DNA of 63,533 bases, the filler included, from Octopus bimaculoides (Eukaryota), in NCBI RefSeq assembly GCF_001194135.2. It is 7 parts of 7 records of this genome, joined end to end, with 100 filler letters (N's around TTAATTAATTAA, not from the genome) between each part and the next. Parts side by side here need not be neighbours in the genome. Positions count along the whole stretch, not along the records: positions 28,862 to 48,626 come from NC_069004.1; positions 48,727 to 53,412 come from NC_068998.1; 5 more parts are not named here. One strand, given 5' to 3'. The notes beneath the pieces are model-generated. The model was not told the origin of the DNA. It saw only the letters and a program-made list of their open reading frames with translations, and searched no databases. Both the position numbers and the translations under genes were made by a program. Every line of letters starts with the position of its first letter. Position 1 is the stretch's first letter. Positions 39,705 to 52,388 of this stretch are shown here, one piece after another.

Positions 39705-40681
39705 TATATATATATGTGTGTATATATATATTTTACTTATGGACCACTTTGCTTCCTATTTTATTCTACTTGACCTTTGTAGCTATTCAGTTTTTTTTTT
39801 TTAATCCTATTTTATGTTTAATTGCTAAATATTAGGAATTGTATAAAAAAAATAATTTGTACATTGTAGAATTATAACCAGTTTGTTGCAGGTAAATGTT
39901 AGCAACATTGCTTATGGATGTCCCAAGTGTGATTAGACATCATTCAGACAATTTAATCAATCATTTCGCTTATATTTACTGCTCCTCACTACTTTAGAAA
40001 CCAGTCTGCCCACTTTCCTCTATCATCATTTAATATCCACTTTTCCATGTTTCTGATGGAATTTGTTGAAGTAGATTTTTGTGCATCCATATGCCTTTCC
40101 TATTGCCAACCTTCACCTGTTTCTCAGGCAAGGTAACACTCCATTATGGCCAGGCATAATTTCACAGAAATGAACAACATCACTGTTATGATGGGGATGA
40201 TCATTTAGAACCTTTACATGGACAAGGGTACACACACATGTATTCACAGTAGGCTTCTTTCAAATTCTGCCTACCAGATCCACTCAAAAGGCTTTGGTCA
40301 GCCTATGGCTACAGTAGAAAACACTTGCACAAGCCTATAGTGTGCCTTCTCTACATTAAATATTATGTCACCAACTTAACTTACTTTTTGTGCAGATGGT
40401 GCCTGAGTAATTTCCTTCCCTTCAATCCTTAGTTTCCGTGAGTTGTTATCTATCCATCTAGTCTCTAGTGCTTTCCCATTTTATCATAACTTAATGTTAG
40501 CATCTAACATGATTTGAGATTCCATATTTATGTAACCATTTCATAGCACATGTTGAAGGAAGGGAACAGCTGTTGGTACTACTACTACTGCTGCTACTAC
40601 TACCATTTCTGCTGCCACTACTACTACCTTTATAGTTGTATTTTGTGTGTCAAAGTTGACACAAAAGGTTGACACAATAAT

Positions 40682-40729
<48 letters not shown>

Positions 40730-41204
40730 AAATATATCAATAGTTTGTTATTATCTAAGGCAGTGGAGTATCAAACAATAAAATTGGTCTAAATATACCT
40801 TGGAGTATTTAATTTCATTTACTCCACCAGAACTGAGTTTGTTTTTCAACCAACTTCAGGGTTGTAGTAATAAACGGAGAAAGAGAAAATGGAAGGGCAC
40901 TAAGTCTGTTTTTCATTCATCCAGGGGGTACTGAAATAGATACTTGAAATTTTAAGTTTATATTTTAATGATCCTTGAGTTGTGAGGAGAGTGTTTACAG
41001 ATGGGGGAGGAGGAGTGGATTTGTGTTTCATTCTTTCTAGAGTTGTTGATATAATAATAGTTGAGATGGACAAGAGTTTGTGATGTGTGCGTTGTTGTGT
41101 GTGCATGTGTTGCGTGCACATGTATGTGTGTGTGTGTGTTTGAGTGAGAGATTGAGTCTTTCTTGTCTCTCCAGAGGATGAAAAGGGAAATGAGCATGAA
41201 AGAG

Positions 41205-41400
41205 AGCATCATCATCATTTAACGTTTATTTTCCAAGCTGACATGAGTTGGATGGTTTGATTGGAACTGGTAAGCCAAAGAGCTGCACCAGGCTCCAGTC
41301 TGATTTTGGCTTGGTTTCTATGGCTGGATGCCCTTCCTGATGCTAACCACTCCAAGAGTGTAGTGGGTGCCTTTTATGTGTCACTGGCACCAGCCACAAC
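41205..41400 (-). mobile_element. Non-coding retroposon 3' end with (GAT)n tail (LINE 3' UTR or SINE); related segment ~44570-44700
   Basis: Minus strand ...ggcacccactacactcttggagtggttagcatcaggaagggcatccagcc...aaacgttaaatgatgatgatg; ends in a tandem GAT tail. Confidence 0.55.
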
Positions 41401-42325
41401 TATGATTTCACTTGTGTGAATAAATCTCTCTTTCATCCTCCCATTGTTATGATAAGAACTTGAAATAATGAGTAATAAATAACATGTGGTGGCATTGCTT
41501 TCATCTTTCCAGGATTTTGGATAATAAGTTACTTGAAATGAGGAATGAGGAGAGTGTGTATGCTGAATTGAGTGAATCTTTTAGCTTTTCTTGGACTATA
41601 TTGAAATAAACACTTGTGTGTATGTGTATGATTAAATCAGTTATAAATTTCTCCTCAAGATTTGTTCAAGCCATAAGTGTGTTGTAAGAAGTTTGCTCCA
41701 GGTTGAATCCACAATATTCTACAGCTTCTTGATGCCACCAATAAGAGCTAGATTCGATGGAGCACTGCAGCTACTCTCATCCAACATATTGCCTCTGTCT
41801 GAACACCTCCATATGCCCCCATGGTGTAGTTGATGATACAACAGTGCTAAACTTTTATCTTTTGTCTTTTACATGTTTCAGTCATTAGATTGTGGCCATG
41901 CGGGGTACCACCATGAAGAGTTTCTTGTAGTTAAGTGAAACAACCCCCAGTGCTTATTTTTATAAGCCTGGTACTTATTATATCAGTTTCTTTTGCCAAA
42001 CCAATAAGTTATGGGGGCATAAACACACCATTAACAGTTGCCAAGTTGTGGTGAAGGGGAGAAACATAGACACAAATACACTTACACACACATATATAAT
42101 ATACATATACATACACACAACAGGCTTCTTTCAGTTTCCATCTACTAAATCTACTCAAAATGTTTCATTAGCCCAAGGTTATAGCAAAAGGCACTTGGCT
42201 AAGGTGCCACACATTAAGACTGAACCTGGAACCATATGGGTGGGAAGCAAGCTTCTTACCATGCCTAGTAAATAAATCAATAAATATTTTCTTAATTCTC
42301 TTTTATTTTATCTTTTTATTTACAG

Positions 42326-42441
42326 AAAATAAAAGCTCGTCAGCTTGTACAAGATTCTCCTGAAACTGTTCAACTCTTTTCTTTCCTACAAATTCTTACT
42401 GCTGTTTTTGGTTCTTTTGCTCATGGTGGCAATGATGTAAG
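42326..42441 (+). CDS. SLC20A: SLC20/PiT sodium-phosphate symporter exon, start of C-terminal PHO4 domain
   Basis: tttacag|AAA...GTA AG|gtaagc: [39 protein letters not shown], including the PiT signature FAHGGNDV. Confidence 0.95.
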
Positions 42442-42581
42442 GTAAGCATCATTTTTATTTTTGCATTGTGTTGGAGGAACAAAGCTGAATGATTAAGAAG
42501 TTTGCTTCTCAAACCTGATTTCAGGTTTGATTCACTGCACAGCACCTTGAATCAACCAAGGAGTGGGATTTTGGAGATTAA

Positions 42582-42799
42582 CCCTTTAGCATCCAAATTT
42601 CTTTGTCAGATGTAATACTTATCTATTCATATTATTTTGAATTAATCATGCATTTTCTCAAAGTTTTGAAATTTCAATGGTGTGTTTGTATATTTTTAGA
42701 ATGACATTGTAGGGTAGGTGTGAGAGGCTAAATCTGGTCAGTTTTAACATAAAACATGGTAGAAACTGGCCGGTTATAGCCAGATTAAATACCAAAGGG
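42582..42799. mobile_element. piggyBac-type MITE, copy 1 (218 bp)
   Basis: TTAA|CCCTTT...AAAGGG|TTAA: TTAA target duplication with CCC/GGG ends. Confidence 0.8.
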
Positions 42800-42997
42800 T
42801 TAAAGCCATATAAACAAAGATTGTGTGTGTGTAACTTTACTGATGAGTATTGGCAAGAGATGAAAGCATTGACAAGAAAATGAATGATGCTATTTCTACC
42901 AGTAAAAAGTCCTAGTGTTGTTTGTTCTGCTCAAATTGCAGTGAGAACCCAGAAACATTGTGTCCCAATGTTTTTAAGACTGAAGGGTTAAGTTTAA

Positions 42998-43217
42998 CTC
43001 TTTAGCATTCAGGTTACTCTGTCAAATGTAATACTTATTTATTCACATTGTTTTGAATTAATCATGCATTATCCCATAGCTTTGAGATTTTGATGATGTG
43101 ATTATTTATTTTTAGAATGACATTGTAAAGTAGATGTGAAATGCCAGATCTAGCCAGTTTGAGCATAAAACAGGGAGAGCATTTTGGCTGGATATGTCTG
43201 AATTAAATGCTAAAGGG
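42998..43217. mobile_element. piggyBac-type MITE, copy 2 (220 bp)
   Basis: TTAA|ctctttagcatt...aatgctaaaggg|TTAA; interior homologous to copy 1. Confidence 0.8.
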
Positions 43218-43336
43218 TTAAGGGAGATTTGGCTATCATAACTAGCATATCAAGCAACCATGTAGAGGATCCCTCGTTGGTTTGCATTGTCTTTATTATT
43301 TTTCTTACTTTACTGATGATACGTTTCTTATTTCAG

Positions 43337-43522
43337 CAATGCTATTGGCCCAATAGTTGCATTATGGGTAATAGCACGAGATAAGAGTGTATTGCAAGCA
43401 GCACCGACCCCTCTTTGGATTCTGTTTTATGGTGGCTGTGGAATTTCCCTTGGACTTTGGATTTGGGGTCGCCGAGTGATTAAAACAATGGGTGAAGATT
43501 TAACAAAAATAACACCTTCCAG
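43337..43522 (+). CDS. SLC20A: SLC20/PiT exon
   Basis: ttcag|C AAT...TCC AG|gtttgt: [61 protein letters not shown]. Confidence 0.95.
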
Positions 43523-44689
43523 GTTTGTAAAATTAGTTTTTAAAAGTATTTCATCTATTTAGATACAAGCATGGCTGTGTGTGTATGGAACTTACTTCAT
43601 AATCATGTGATTTTAGACTGTCTCTCTCTTACAATATTTCATCTTTGGGTTGACTAACGTCTTGTGAGAGGAATCAGTAGATAGTAACTGTATGGGAGTC
43701 TGTTGCATTATGTGTCAGTGTGTGTGTGTTAGCATGTGTTTGTATGTGCACATAAATATTGATATTTCCACTTTTCTCATGAGCATTTCAATCTCTCTCT
43801 CTCTCTCTCTATCTGTCTGTCTGTCTGTAACGGCTATGGAACATGTAGAATCACATTGGATTCACCAATTATAGCGGCTTGTGTTTTGGGTTGGTATACT
43901 GTAGCTGACTACCAAATGTAGCAGGTAGCTGTAACACTTGAGGTTCTCATGATGGAAAAACCTGTGAAGAACATTGAAGGATAACACCAAAAAGGAAGGA
44001 ATATTAATTACATTTTTATTTGCCTGGCAAGTGGTTAGTAAGACAGCAGTAACCATAGTCGACAGTGACAAAAGGTTCAGCCGCTGGTTGATAGTTGCTA
44101 GTGTGGAAGTTGCTTCTTACTAATAGAGATAGAAAGAGTAGATCTTGCATTGTGCTGACAAGAGTGGAAGAAAGGATAAAAGTGCCATTGTCCTTTCTTG
44201 ATATCAGCCAAAAGCTTATATTCGTATGGCGAGTGAAGGATGAAGGGAAGTGTTGCTCCTTGTCATGGCTGACACAAAAGAGATCAAGGAAGAAAATGGC
44301 CTCTGTTATATATCTATGGCCAAATGTAGGTCAAATCCCAAACAAAGGACTGACTTTTCCTTGACCAGCACAAGGAAACTCTTGACTTGGCGGTTAAGAG
44401 TTTCCCATTAATCATCTGGTATGGAGATGCAAACAAAGGATTTCCTACTTGCTTAACAAGCAACAAGCGGGTGGGTTTGGTTTTGAATCGCAGGCAAGGC
44501 CAAACAAATTCCTACATGTCCATCTATCTTTATGTGCATGTCTACATGCATGTATGTGTCTGTGCATTTGCCTCCACTGTCATGATGCTCTGTTGGTACT
44601 GGCATCAGCCATGACATTGATTTCACTTGGCTCAACAGGTCTTCTTAAGCACAACATATTGCCCAATGATTGAAGAGTACTCTTAAATG

Positions 44690-45824
44690 GGTCGGTTATG
44701 TGCCCCTGTGCATCTACCACACACAATAACTATCCTCTCAATTAGCCTTCCTTAGATATTGCTGCACCTCTTATGTGTCCATAACTTACACTGGGTACAT
44801 CTAATGGAGTTTCTACCTACTCCTTTTCTACAGATCAAGCAGGGCCATCTACTTGAAGGGATTTGTGATTTGTCTACCTTCCTACTTACTAAAACTTTGG
44901 TTTTTGCTAGATTGACTCTACGGCCCTTCAATTCTAGACCTTGCTTCCACACCTGAAACGTCTCCTCTAATCCTGATAGTGACTCAGTTATTAGAACAAG
45001 GTCATCAACATAGAGGAGCTCCCAGGGGTATCATGTCTTGAATTCCTCAGTTATTGCCTGGAAGACTATGATGGATAGGAGGGGCTGAGGACTTTGATGG
45101 ACCCCTACCCTACCCATAATTCTTCACTATACTCATTGCCAACCCTCATCTTACTGACAGCATCCATGTACATGGCTTGTACAGCTCTCACTAATCACTC
45201 ATCAATCTAGTTTCCGCATTGACCACTGGATAAGGGATTGAGGAGACCCTGACAGAGGCTTTCTCCATGTCAACGAAAGCCAGGTACAGAGGTTTATCCT
45301 TGGCTAGGTATTTCTCCTGCAGCTGTCTTACCAGAAATATAGCATCAGTGGTGTTTCTCGCTGGCACGAACCCAAATTGCATCTCATCTAAACTGACTCT
45401 CTCCCTAATTAGTTGGGCTATGACCCTCTCCGTGACCTTCATTACCTGATCCAACAACTTGATACCTCTGTAATTATTTGTATCTAAAGCATCACCTTTA
45501 TCTTTGTAGCATTTGATTGTGATGTTGCTACACCAGTCATTGAGTAGGACTCCTTCATGTATCACCTGATTGACTATACAGATGACTAGACCGCCAGATA
45601 TTTCAATCATCTCTGCGATGATTCCTGATGGGCTGGGGACTTTCCCTGTCTTCATACCCTTAAGTGCTTTATCTACCAAGTTACTGTTAATTTGGTCCCT
45701 CTGTTGAGTTGACATTTGGCAGACTCTCTTTCTCCCATTTATTCTCTTCATTTAGCAACCTTTCATAGTGGCGTCTCCAAGTCTCTCTCTTTGCAGCCTC
45801 ATTAAATGCAAGAGCCTCATTAAA

Positions 45825-45830
<6 letters not shown>
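44690..45830 (-). mobile_element. Decayed RTE-clade LINE RT with complete internal PHD-type finger, antisense in the last PiT intron
   Basis: NYRGIKLLD..MK..ER, QFGFVP, AIFLVRQLQEK, LAFVDMEKA; GRRVNLAKTKVL followed by CLIC..CTQC..WTHKRC..CGRC. Confidence 0.88.
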
Positions 45831-45861
<31 letters not shown>

Positions 45862-45863
<2 letters not shown>

Positions 45864-46020
45864 CGTGAAGTTTATTTCCCACTTAAATGCGGCTAAACCT
45901 GTCAGAGCACAGATGTGTGTCAATAGCCAGCTGGAGGAGATGTTCTCCTGGGGCTAAAAGCAACAGTAACATTCACCCTTAGGGTTTAGCTGCATTTAAG
46001 TGGCAAATATACTTCACGTT
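45862..46020. mobile_element. Short MITE/foldback (159 bp) with ~38-bp terminal inverted repeats
   Basis: aacgtgaagtttatttcccacttaaatgcggctaaacc versus reverse complement of the right end aacgtgaagtatatttgccacttaaatgcagctaaacc (3 mismatches). Confidence 0.85.
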
Positions 46021-46112
46021 GTCGTGCAGTTACTGTTTATACCTTGTTCAGAGATTTTATATATATATATATGTTTGTAATCCCTTATACATGTTCTTTT
46101 TTATCTTTTCAG

Positions 46113-46356
46113 TGGATTCTGCATTGAAATTGGATCTGCCCTAACAGTGCTTGTTGCCTCCAACATTGGTATACCAATCAGTACAACACACTGCAAAGTT
46201 GGTTCTGTAGTGTTTGTGGGAAGGGTTCGTTCCAAAGAGAATGTGGACTGGTCACTATTTCGCAACATTGTTTTAGCTTGGATAGGTACATTGCCTGCCT
46301 CAGGATTACTTAGTGCCTTACTAATGTACATTTTCATTACTCATATTTCGTTTTGA
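46113..46356 (+). CDS. SLC20A: SLC20/PiT terminal coding exon
   Basis: ttatcttttcag|T GGA: [80 protein letters not shown]; [10 protein letters not shown] signature. Confidence 0.95.
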
Positions 46357-46746
46357 AAATGGAAAGAAGAAAAGTAAACAATAGTTAAATAAAACAGAGA
46401 GTAAGGATGGATTATAATGAAAGAAGAAAAGTAAAAAAGCAAAAATTATTTTTAAAAAAAAACTATAAATATGAAAAAATTGTCAAATCAGACAAAGAGA
46501 TATGTGTTTTATGTATGTGTGTACTTACATAGATATAATATATATATAAATTATATGTATTTATTTTATCCTAATTAATAATAATTCGGATAGAATAAAT
46601 GGGTTAATAGAAACCAGGGTAGCAAAAATCACAAAATAACTGTGGTGTAATTCCTGTTTTTGAGGCAGAAACTCCTTGATATTTTGGGTATTTGAATATA
46701 TATAAATTTAAGGAATGGAGTGAACGCATGTTATAACTGCATACTT

Positions 46747-46834
46747 TATTCCGACATATGTTTCGAAGAATTACAATTTATGTGATCCATAGGAATCGTC
46801 GATGTTAAAAATGTAAACTTCTCCTCAGGGAAAT
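46747..46834 (-). ncRNA. Minimal type-I hammerhead ribozyme motif with canonical core (Penelope pLTR or retrozyme-like)
   Basis: Minus strand ttcc-CTGAGGA-gaag.ttac...gtaa.tcttc-GAAA-cata-tGTC^ggaa. Helix I ttcc/ggaa, helix II closed by G-C, palindromic helix III ACATATGT, GUC site; AATAAA overlaps the 3' side. Confidence 0.75.
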
Positions 46835-47880
46835 GTATGGGGATCATCTTAGACGTAAGACATTATGACCGAGTATGAGAACTATAGTTGGATNNNNNNN
46901 NNNNNNNNNNNNNNNNNNNNNNNNNNNNNNNNNNNNNNNNNNNNNNNNNNNNNNNNNNNNNNNNNNNNNNNNNNNNNNNNNNNNNNNNNNNNNNNNNNNN
47001 NNNNNNNNNNNNNNNNNNNNNNNNNNNNNNNNNNNNNNNNNNNNNNNNNNNNNNNNNNNNNNNNNNNNNNNNNNNNNNNNNNNNNNNNNNNNNNNNNNNN
47101 NNNNNNNNNNNNNNNNNNNNNNNNNNNNNNNNNNNNNNNNNNNNNNNNNNNNNNNNNNNNNNNNNNNNNNNNNNNNNNNNNNNNNNNNNNNNNNNNNNNN
47201 NNNNNNNNNNNNNNNNNNNNNNNNNNNNNNNNNNNNNNNNNNNNNNNNNNNNNNNNNNNNNNNNNNNNNNNNNNNNNNNNNNNNNNNNNNNNNNNNNNNN
47301 NNNNNNNNNNNNNNNNNNNNNNNNNNNNNNNNNNNNNNNNNNNNNNNNNNNNNNNNNNNNNNNNNNNNNNNNNNNNNNNNNNNNNNNNNNNNNNNNNNNN
47401 NNNNNNNNNNNNNNNNNNNNNNNNNNNNNNNNNNNNNNNNNNNNNNNNNNNNNNNNNNNNNNNNNNNNNNNNNNNNNNNNNNNNNNNNNNNNNNNNNNNN
47501 NNNNNNNNNNNNNNNNNNNNNNNNNNNNNNNNNNNNNNNNNNNNNNNNNNNNNNNNNNNNNNNNNNNNNNNNNNNNNNNNNNNNNNNNNNNNNNNNNNNN
47601 NNNNNNNNNNNNNNNNNNNNNNNNNNNNNNNNNNNNNNNNNNNNNNNNNNNNNNNNNNNNNNNNNNNNNNNNNNNNNNNNNNNNNNNNNNNNNNNNNNNN
47701 NNNNNNNNNNNNNNNNNNNNNNNNNNNNNNNNNNNNNNNNNNNNNNNNNNNNNNNNNNNNNNNNNNNNNNNNNNNNNNNNNNNNNNNNNNNNNNNNNNNN
47801 NNNNNNNNNNNNNNNNNNNNNNNNNNNNNNNNNNNNNNNNNNNNNNNNNNNNNNNNNNNNNNNNNNNNNNNNNNNNNNNN

Positions 47881-48626
47881 ATTAATGAATTAAAGAATAA
47901 TAAAGTTAATGGGTTGTCCATTAATTCACATGAAATGATTACTTTATTATTATATGCTAGAAAAGTTGGGCTGAATTAGGGGTTTAAAGAGTAAATCTTG
48001 CTTAAGAAGACAAAGTCAAAATTATAAATTAGGTTTACTACAGTAATTCCGTAACATATTTGTTAGTGTAAAAGTTTTATCGAGATTTGAAAATCACAAT
48101 ATATTATGCTGACCAGTAAATTTTTCATCAAATAATGAGATATTAAAATGATTGGGATATGTTTTGTTACGAGAATAAATATTTAAACTATGAATGATAG
48201 AAATTAAAGATGTTTCTAGGAATGCTGAAATGATGAATTATGATCGTAGATTTAGAGAACTCTCATTTAAAAAGCCAGGAACATAATAACTCTTATTATT
48301 GCTAAGCTAATTGGTGAATAAATTGGAAGTCGTAAAATAATGATATTGAGGTATAATTAAGTATGGAAAAGAAGAAGTAAGGTTAATAAAGCATTGCATA
48401 TTATGTAATTATTATGGGTGGATTTTACTATGAAATAAACCAAAAATTATGCGCTTTTTTATTTTCAAAGATTTTATATGTGTTCTAATTTAGGTTAATA
48501 AATAAAGAATGTTTAGATAGATTATGTCAATCGTAATCAATTTTTATCTTCTAACATATGAGAGAGTTAATGACATGTTATACTAGAACTATTTGAGGAA
48601 CTCATGTATTACGGGTTAATGCGATA
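47881..48626 (-). other. AT-rich, strand-skewed, microsatellite-free island; possibly a decayed Penelope-type RT
   Basis: Only faint frameshifted resemblances (YDF/SNLFTN; PLI..TFLAY; LMDNPLTL). No open frame; isolated between gaps. Confidence 0.25.
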
Positions 48627-48726
48627 NNNNNNNNNNNNNNNNNNNNNNNNNNNNNNNNNNNNNNNNNNNNTTAATTAATTAANNNNNNNNNNNNNNNNNN
48701 NNNNNNNNNNNNNNNNNNNNNNNNNN

Positions 48727-48783
<57 letters not shown>

Positions 48784-49834
48784 TTGTGTGTCTGTGTCTA
48801 TTATTTTTCAATTCCTGGCCCAGGTAGTGCATCATGACCTTGAGCAAGACACTTCATCTCACATTGCCCTGTAAACACTTCAACATCTGATGTGCGGCAC
48901 ACCGTGCACCAGTGCAGGTGATGTCAGTTTGATGGAAGGGGTGAGCTAATGTGCAGCTCAAATATTTAATCTCTATAAGCAAATCATCTGTGCAGGTCTG
49001 TTCCGCAAGAATTTGCAGAACCCACACCTTTCCTCTACAACAGGAAAATCCATGATAATTATGACACAGAAGGACCACACTGCATACCTATTCTAAATCA
49101 AGCAAAGCTACATACAGAGTATAATGCAGTCCTGTGTCACAACTAGAATATTTTTGATCCTAATTCTGCTCCATCAAATCTAACTTCAGGTTAAACACCA
49201 TCATCAACAACAACAACATCATCATCATCATCAACAACAACATCATCATCATCAACAACAACATCATCATCATCATCAACAACAAACAACATCTTTTCTG
49301 GGGGTTTTTTTTGTTAGCTGTTTTTTTTTTTTTTTTTTGATCATTTAAATCCCTTTGCTTCAAGTCTCAAAGATTAATCACTAAAATGTTAAAGAAACAT
49401 TTTAATGGAGAAGAACTTTTAACTTTGAACTTCCTGCAGGAAGTTCCTCCTGCAATACTCCAAATTCAATGATTTATTTATATATTTTTTTCTTATCTGT
49501 TTTAGTTTTATATTTTTATTTATTTATTTATCTATTATTTTTTTCTTTGATATCTTGTCAGTCAATATTTTAGCTTGGAGCCAGCCTGGAGCTCTGTATC
49601 AGATTTATTGATGGCATCAGCTTGATCGATGATGGATGCAGACATATTCAATTGATTTTTCTTAATGGTTTAAGCATCTCATTGACTTCCTGCCTTGTAC
49701 GTATATCCTGCATTATATCATTGCAAGAAATAATTGCGCACTTCTCTACTGATCTGCAGCAGACAAGAATAACTAAAATCAAAAGTGAGTCCTTGAAATC
49801 AAAAATCTCTTAACAAATCGATAGTAAAACTATA

Positions 49835-49876
<42 letters not shown>

Positions 49877-50338
49877 NNNNNNNNNNNNNNNNNNNNNNNN
49901 NNNNNNNNNNNNNNNNNNNNNNNNNNNNNNNNNNNNNNNNNNNNNNNNNNNNNNNNNNNNNNNNNNNNNNNNNNNNNNNNNNNNNNNNNNNNNNNNNNNN
50001 NNNNNNNNNNNNNNNNNNNNNNNNNNNNNNNNNNNNNNNNNNNNNNNNNNNNNNNNNNNNNNNNNNNNNNNNNNNNNNNNNNNNNNNNNNNNNNNNNNNN
50101 NNNNNNNNNNNNNNNNNNNNNNNNNNNNNNNNNNNNNNNNNNNNNNNNNNNNNNNNNNNNNNNTGTATGTATAAATATATATATATATATATATATAATT
50201 TTAAGTATATTTTTATGTACAAATCAGCTGAGCTTGCAGCCATGACTGAGTTTACTAGTAGCCGGCTTGGGACAGACAAGAACAAACCAAAATCACTGAT
50301 ACACACACACACACATACATAAATAAATATGTACCTAA

Positions 50339-50372
<34 letters not shown>

Positions 50373-50429
50373 NNNNNNNNNNNNNNNNNNNNNNNNNNNN
50401 NNNNNNNNNNNNNNNNNNNNNNNNNNNNN

Positions 50430-50469
<40 letters not shown>

Positions 50470-50807
50470 GCATATACATATATAAACATGTTACTCTCCT
50501 ATATATATATAGATCTATATAGATTTATATAGGTATATACATGTATGTGTATATATAAATATATATATAGATATATACACTCACACATACAAATATGAAC
50601 ACACAACACACACACACACACNNNNNNNNNNTTTTTTATTTGCGAAAAAATTTCTGGCAACTTGTTAATTTTTCAGGTGAGTAAAAAAACACATCACACA
50701 TTACAAGGCAAATAAACAAAAGTTAATCAATATCAATGGGATAGTATGTGGGGGTGTGCGTGAGTATGTATGTATGTATGTATGTATGTATGCATGTATG
50801 TGTATGG

Positions 50808-50864
<57 letters not shown>

Positions 50865-51094
50865 AAAACAGACATTGTGTGTATGTGTATATATTTATAT
50901 GTATTAATATACATACATATATATACGTATGCACACACACATGTATGTATGTATACACACTCACACACTCACACATACATCTTTAGAATTATACATATAT
51001 TTAAAATTGTAAATAAAATTACACATACATATATATATATATTTATATGCATATAATCATCTAAGAATCCATTAATGTGATGCTCCCTCTCTCT

Positions 51095-51209
<115 letters not shown>

Positions 51210-52100
51210 TGTACATTTGTAGTTTAACACACTGGTTTAAACTGATGTGCACAAACAGTCACTGACACAAATAAAACCACACTTTTTCTTTATATTATTC
51301 ATTTAATATTACAGTCTCATAGGGTGGCGAGCTGGCAGAAACATTAGCACACTGGGCAAAATGCTTAGTAGTATTTCGTCTGTCTTTACGTACTGAGTTC
51401 AAATTCCGCCGAGGTCGACTTTGCCTTTCATCCTTTCCGGGTCGATAAATTAAGTACCAGTTACGCACTGGGGTCGATGTAATCGACTTAATCCCTTTGT
51501 CTGTCCGTGTTTGTCCCTTCTATGTTTAACCCCTTGTAGGCAATAAAGAAATAAGAAACATTAGCACACTGTTTGTCTCCTTTAGGTTTAGCCCCTCTAT
51601 GTCCTTGTTTGTCCCCTCTATGTTTAGCTTCTTGTGGGCAATAAAGAAATAAGAAACATTAGCACACTGGGCAAAATGGTTAGTAGTATTTCATTTGTCT
51701 TTATGTTCAGAGTTCAAATTCCGCCGAGGTTGACTTTGCCTTTCATCTTTTCGGGGTTTTGCTCCATTTATTATTATTCTTTTATATCAACTCAAAATAC
51801 ATCACCTTAACATGGAATTTCTACCCCTTAACCAGGTATAATATCCCAGTTTCTGTGAGATTTTTGCTACCCTGGTAACTATTAACATATTTGCATTATT
51901 GAGGTTTTTTTCAACTGAGATAATATTAATATATACAAAAATAAATATATATATATATATATATATATGTATGAATTATGCATTTGTTGGAAAACGAATG
52001 TTAAATGATGATGATAAACACATATATGTAAAACAACCTTCAGTACAGTTTCCATTTACCAAATTTCACTCACAGGATATCAGCTAACAATATGAAGATA

Positions 52101-52316
52101 TGAGGGGGTGCTGAAAAGTTCCTTGCTTTGAGTAAAAGAAAATACAGGAGGTTCAGTTAATTATGATTCTATACAACATATTCTCCTCTCAGATTCACAC
52201 ACTTAAAGCAGCAGTACTTCAGTTTTTCTAAGCCCTGTAAAAGAACTCAAAAAGTTGAGCCTCTAACCAGGCCTTCCATGATACCCTTAAACCAGGAACT
52301 TTTTAGCACCCTCTCG
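52101..52316. mobile_element. Tc1/mariner-type MITE, copy 1 (216 bp)
   Basis: TA|tgagggggtgctgaaaagttccttgcttt ... aaaccaggaactttttagcaccctctcg: ~30-bp TIR. Confidence 0.8.
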
Positions 52317-52336
52317 TGTATATATATATATACACA

Positions 52337-52386
<50 letters not shown>

Positions 52387-52388
52387 TA

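Noticed and set aside
47881-48626. Definite mitochondrial insertion (atp6, cob or nad5)
   Set aside because: Manual translation gave no convincing mitochondrial protein match and many stops in the frames examined.
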